Part shown: piece by piece, positions 61,859-64,000 of the stretch
How positions within the stretch are numbered: position 1 is the stretch's first letter
How the letters are laid out: every line of letters starts with the position of its first letter
Made by a program: the position numbers and the translations under genes
Notes under the pieces: model-generated
The model's input: the letters and a program-made list of their open reading frames with translations, nothing else
Databases searched by the model: none
What the model was told of the DNA's origin: nothing
Source of the DNA: Catajapyx aquilonaris
Taxonomy: Eukaryota
Assembly (NCBI GenBank): GCA_000934665.2
Contig: KZ538048.1
Span: 62,001-126,000 of the forward strand
Length of the DNA stretch: 64,000 nt
Direction of reading: 5' to 3'

Positions 61859-63299
61859 GGGCTTTTCCCTGTTTCGTCACACACTCACACATGTGCATAT
61901 ATACCCCCAGTGCAGATGTGCGCACCATTTGGATTTAGACCTGCGGTTTCCCGTTGAGACCTTTTGAAGCCAACGTTGTAATGTCGTCCCCAGACAAAAA
62001 CCACCCTAAAATTGCTCTGTTTAACAATAGTCGCATAGAGCTTACAAAGGGTTGTCGGCACCGCTCTCGAAGCTCAGTTTATTTACGATGATCCGCCTTT
62101 GAGCACCAAGAACCATCCGTTTATGCAGAGTTAATTACGGTCCACATACGCCACATTCGAGTTGTTCGCCCGTCGTTTTCACGTTTCTTGGAGGGCCCCT
62201 CCAGCCGTTTCCGGGTCTCATTATGGACGTATGGGGCTGAGTGAAATTCCCCCGTTTCCTCCTGGTCTCCCCTACCATCCCACACCGTTTTGTTTGGAAG
62301 AAGAAAATCTTGGGGAGAGCTTGGGGGGAAGCGGAAATAAACTCAGCACGTGCTGCGAACAGACCTTCTTCGCCTATATACCACCAACATCGATCCGGCT
62401 ACATTTCCCTGGTTCCATTTGATTAGGACACATCTTTTTTGGCAAGAGTGAGAGACAAGAATGGTAGTACAGTAGATGCGTGGGATGAGGTGTGTAGGAT
62501 GTTTTACAGGTTTGGTCTGAAATTATCTCGGCCTGGCGAAAGTGTATCCATGCCATTTATCATCCCACATGTCTGGGACTGCTTTGCATATGGCTGACCG
62601 ATTTATCTGCATACTTGTCAGTCATGACAGCCTCTATTTCTTTACGACCTGAATGAGATAAGAAGACCAGTGGGCGTGACGTGACGTCAGCTCGCATGCT
62701 AGCTGAATATTAAAAATGCAATCGATTTTCAAGGCCACCGCTCCAATTCACCATGCTACTGCCAACAATTATGTCCAGAAGAGTTGCTTGCCCACTCTCC
62801 TGAGAGACTCAATTTGCTCGTTGCTGAAGAATAATCCCTGGATGGTTTAATTTGCCCAGATTAAATTGTTTCCTGGTTAGGGTCACGCTCGGTCGTAAAT
62901 CTCGGTGTAGAAATAGGCGCGGATTCCGGTATAGACGTTGACGTGCTGCAGCCGACGGTGGTACCGGCTGGTAGGTTTTTTTTCGGTGGCAGGAAGTGAC
63001 CTTTGCCGTGGCCTTCTCCCTTCCCCGGTTTATAACCGACTTACACCCATCCAATGAACCCTTCATACCCCTGTGCTGCATGACGTTCAGGTCTTCAAGG
63101 TAATCAACATCATCAAAGTCTTATCTGGCCGAGCTGCGCAGCTCACCGGTGTTGTGGTGATCTCAGGTGTTTGAAATTTTTCGAGGCGGCAATGAATGGA
63201 TTAATTCACGGCAGTGCAGTGCGTTGAATAAATCATGCGCGTTGTATATGCATAAGGTGAGACATCAGAGGTAAACTGCTAGTGGGGAAAACAATAGGA

Positions 63300-63450
63300 C
63301 AATGCATTGACTGGTGCAGGCACCGCCAGCTCAGAAAATGGATGCCAAATCGGCTGGTATATGATACAGTCTGTGAAAGTAAATTGGAGAAAGGCATTGA
63401 ATTAAGACAAGTAAAAAGAAGTATTGAAATAACTGGGCATGAAATGAAAA
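63300..63450 (+). pseudogene. Possible decayed RTE-type LINE ORF2 C-terminal fragment
   Basis: W..H...R..M..NRLV...V.E.KLE.G pattern loosely resembles the RTE ORF2 end (W.GHV.RM...RL...V.....EG). Confidence 0.2.
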
Positions 63451-64000
63451 GCTTGGGCCAGAAAAGAAGGATAATTAAAATAATCTTGATGAGACATGTA
63501 AGAGGGCCAAAATTAGCCCTCATTCTCTCTTTGAAAGTGGGGGATTTCAGCAAGCCATACTTCCAGAGACTATATAATGAATTTAATTAGCCCTTACTGC
63601 TATGGAGAGGTTTAAAAGGGGGGAATACTATATACGGTACTTCTTGTCAGTCCAGGTTAGTAGTTTTTTCCCTCCATTCAGGAGTCGGAATATTTTAAAT
63701 TAAATGGAGTTCGGTTTTTCAGAAAAGTCACATTCAGTAAATCGCAAATGCTATTGTAACTAAGCTACATTTTCTACTTATTGGATTTGTGTAAGAATAC
63801 ACTGATGAATGATATTCCGACTATTGCCACTTGATATTCACTTGGCGAGATTGAGCCATAGTTTCTGCGATAATTTTTAACATGGAAATTTTGCAGGTGA
63901 CATGTAAAACTTATACGCTCAAGCTGTCAACTTTCTATGACTCAACATTTTCCGGGTTGATGCAAGATATTGTCACATAGGCAGAATAATCGAGGCCACT

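Noticed and set aside
63890..63910. TTTTGCAG acceptor as PHLDB coding exon 2
   Set aside because: In the required phase 1 it reads G-D-M-stop and does not continue the FHA domain.
1..64000. CRISPR array or prokaryotic operon/defence system
   Set aside because: No regularly spaced repeat-spacer array or gene-dense operons. The DNA is clearly spliceosomal-intron-containing animal sequence.

Overview
This is AT-rich, intron-containing animal DNA, probably an invertebrate protostome or ecdysozoan (species not identifiable). Almost all ORFs in the supplied track are spurious. Genes reconstructed by hand from splice sites: (1) a complete 11-exon minus-strand gene (CDS 41363->36424, 459 aa) for a Klingon/Wrapper-type cell-surface protein (signal peptide, 3 Ig, 1 FN3, GPI-type tail); (2) the first coding exon of a PHLDB (LL5) gene at 60152-60317 (+); (3) a signal-peptide first exon with a correctly spaced Inr+DPE promoter at 9326-9482 (-), whose remaining exons probably lie off the left edge; (4) the main novelty, a compact two-exon orphan gene (44882-45589, +, 198 aa) with a protamine-like Lys/Arg repeat N-terminus, an apparent highly diverged HMG box and an acidic tail, directly downstream of a ~250-bp palindrome carrying RFX/CRE-like motifs. 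That gene sits in a transposon-rich island (42.7-47.8 kb) containing two different tRNA-derived SINEs inserted at the same target site, PIF/Harbinger-type MITEs, a 5-bp-TSD MITE with a nested MITE, a fold-back palindrome and a truncated retroposon. The rest is largely non-coding, with microsatellites, poly-G/C tracts and decayed repeats.
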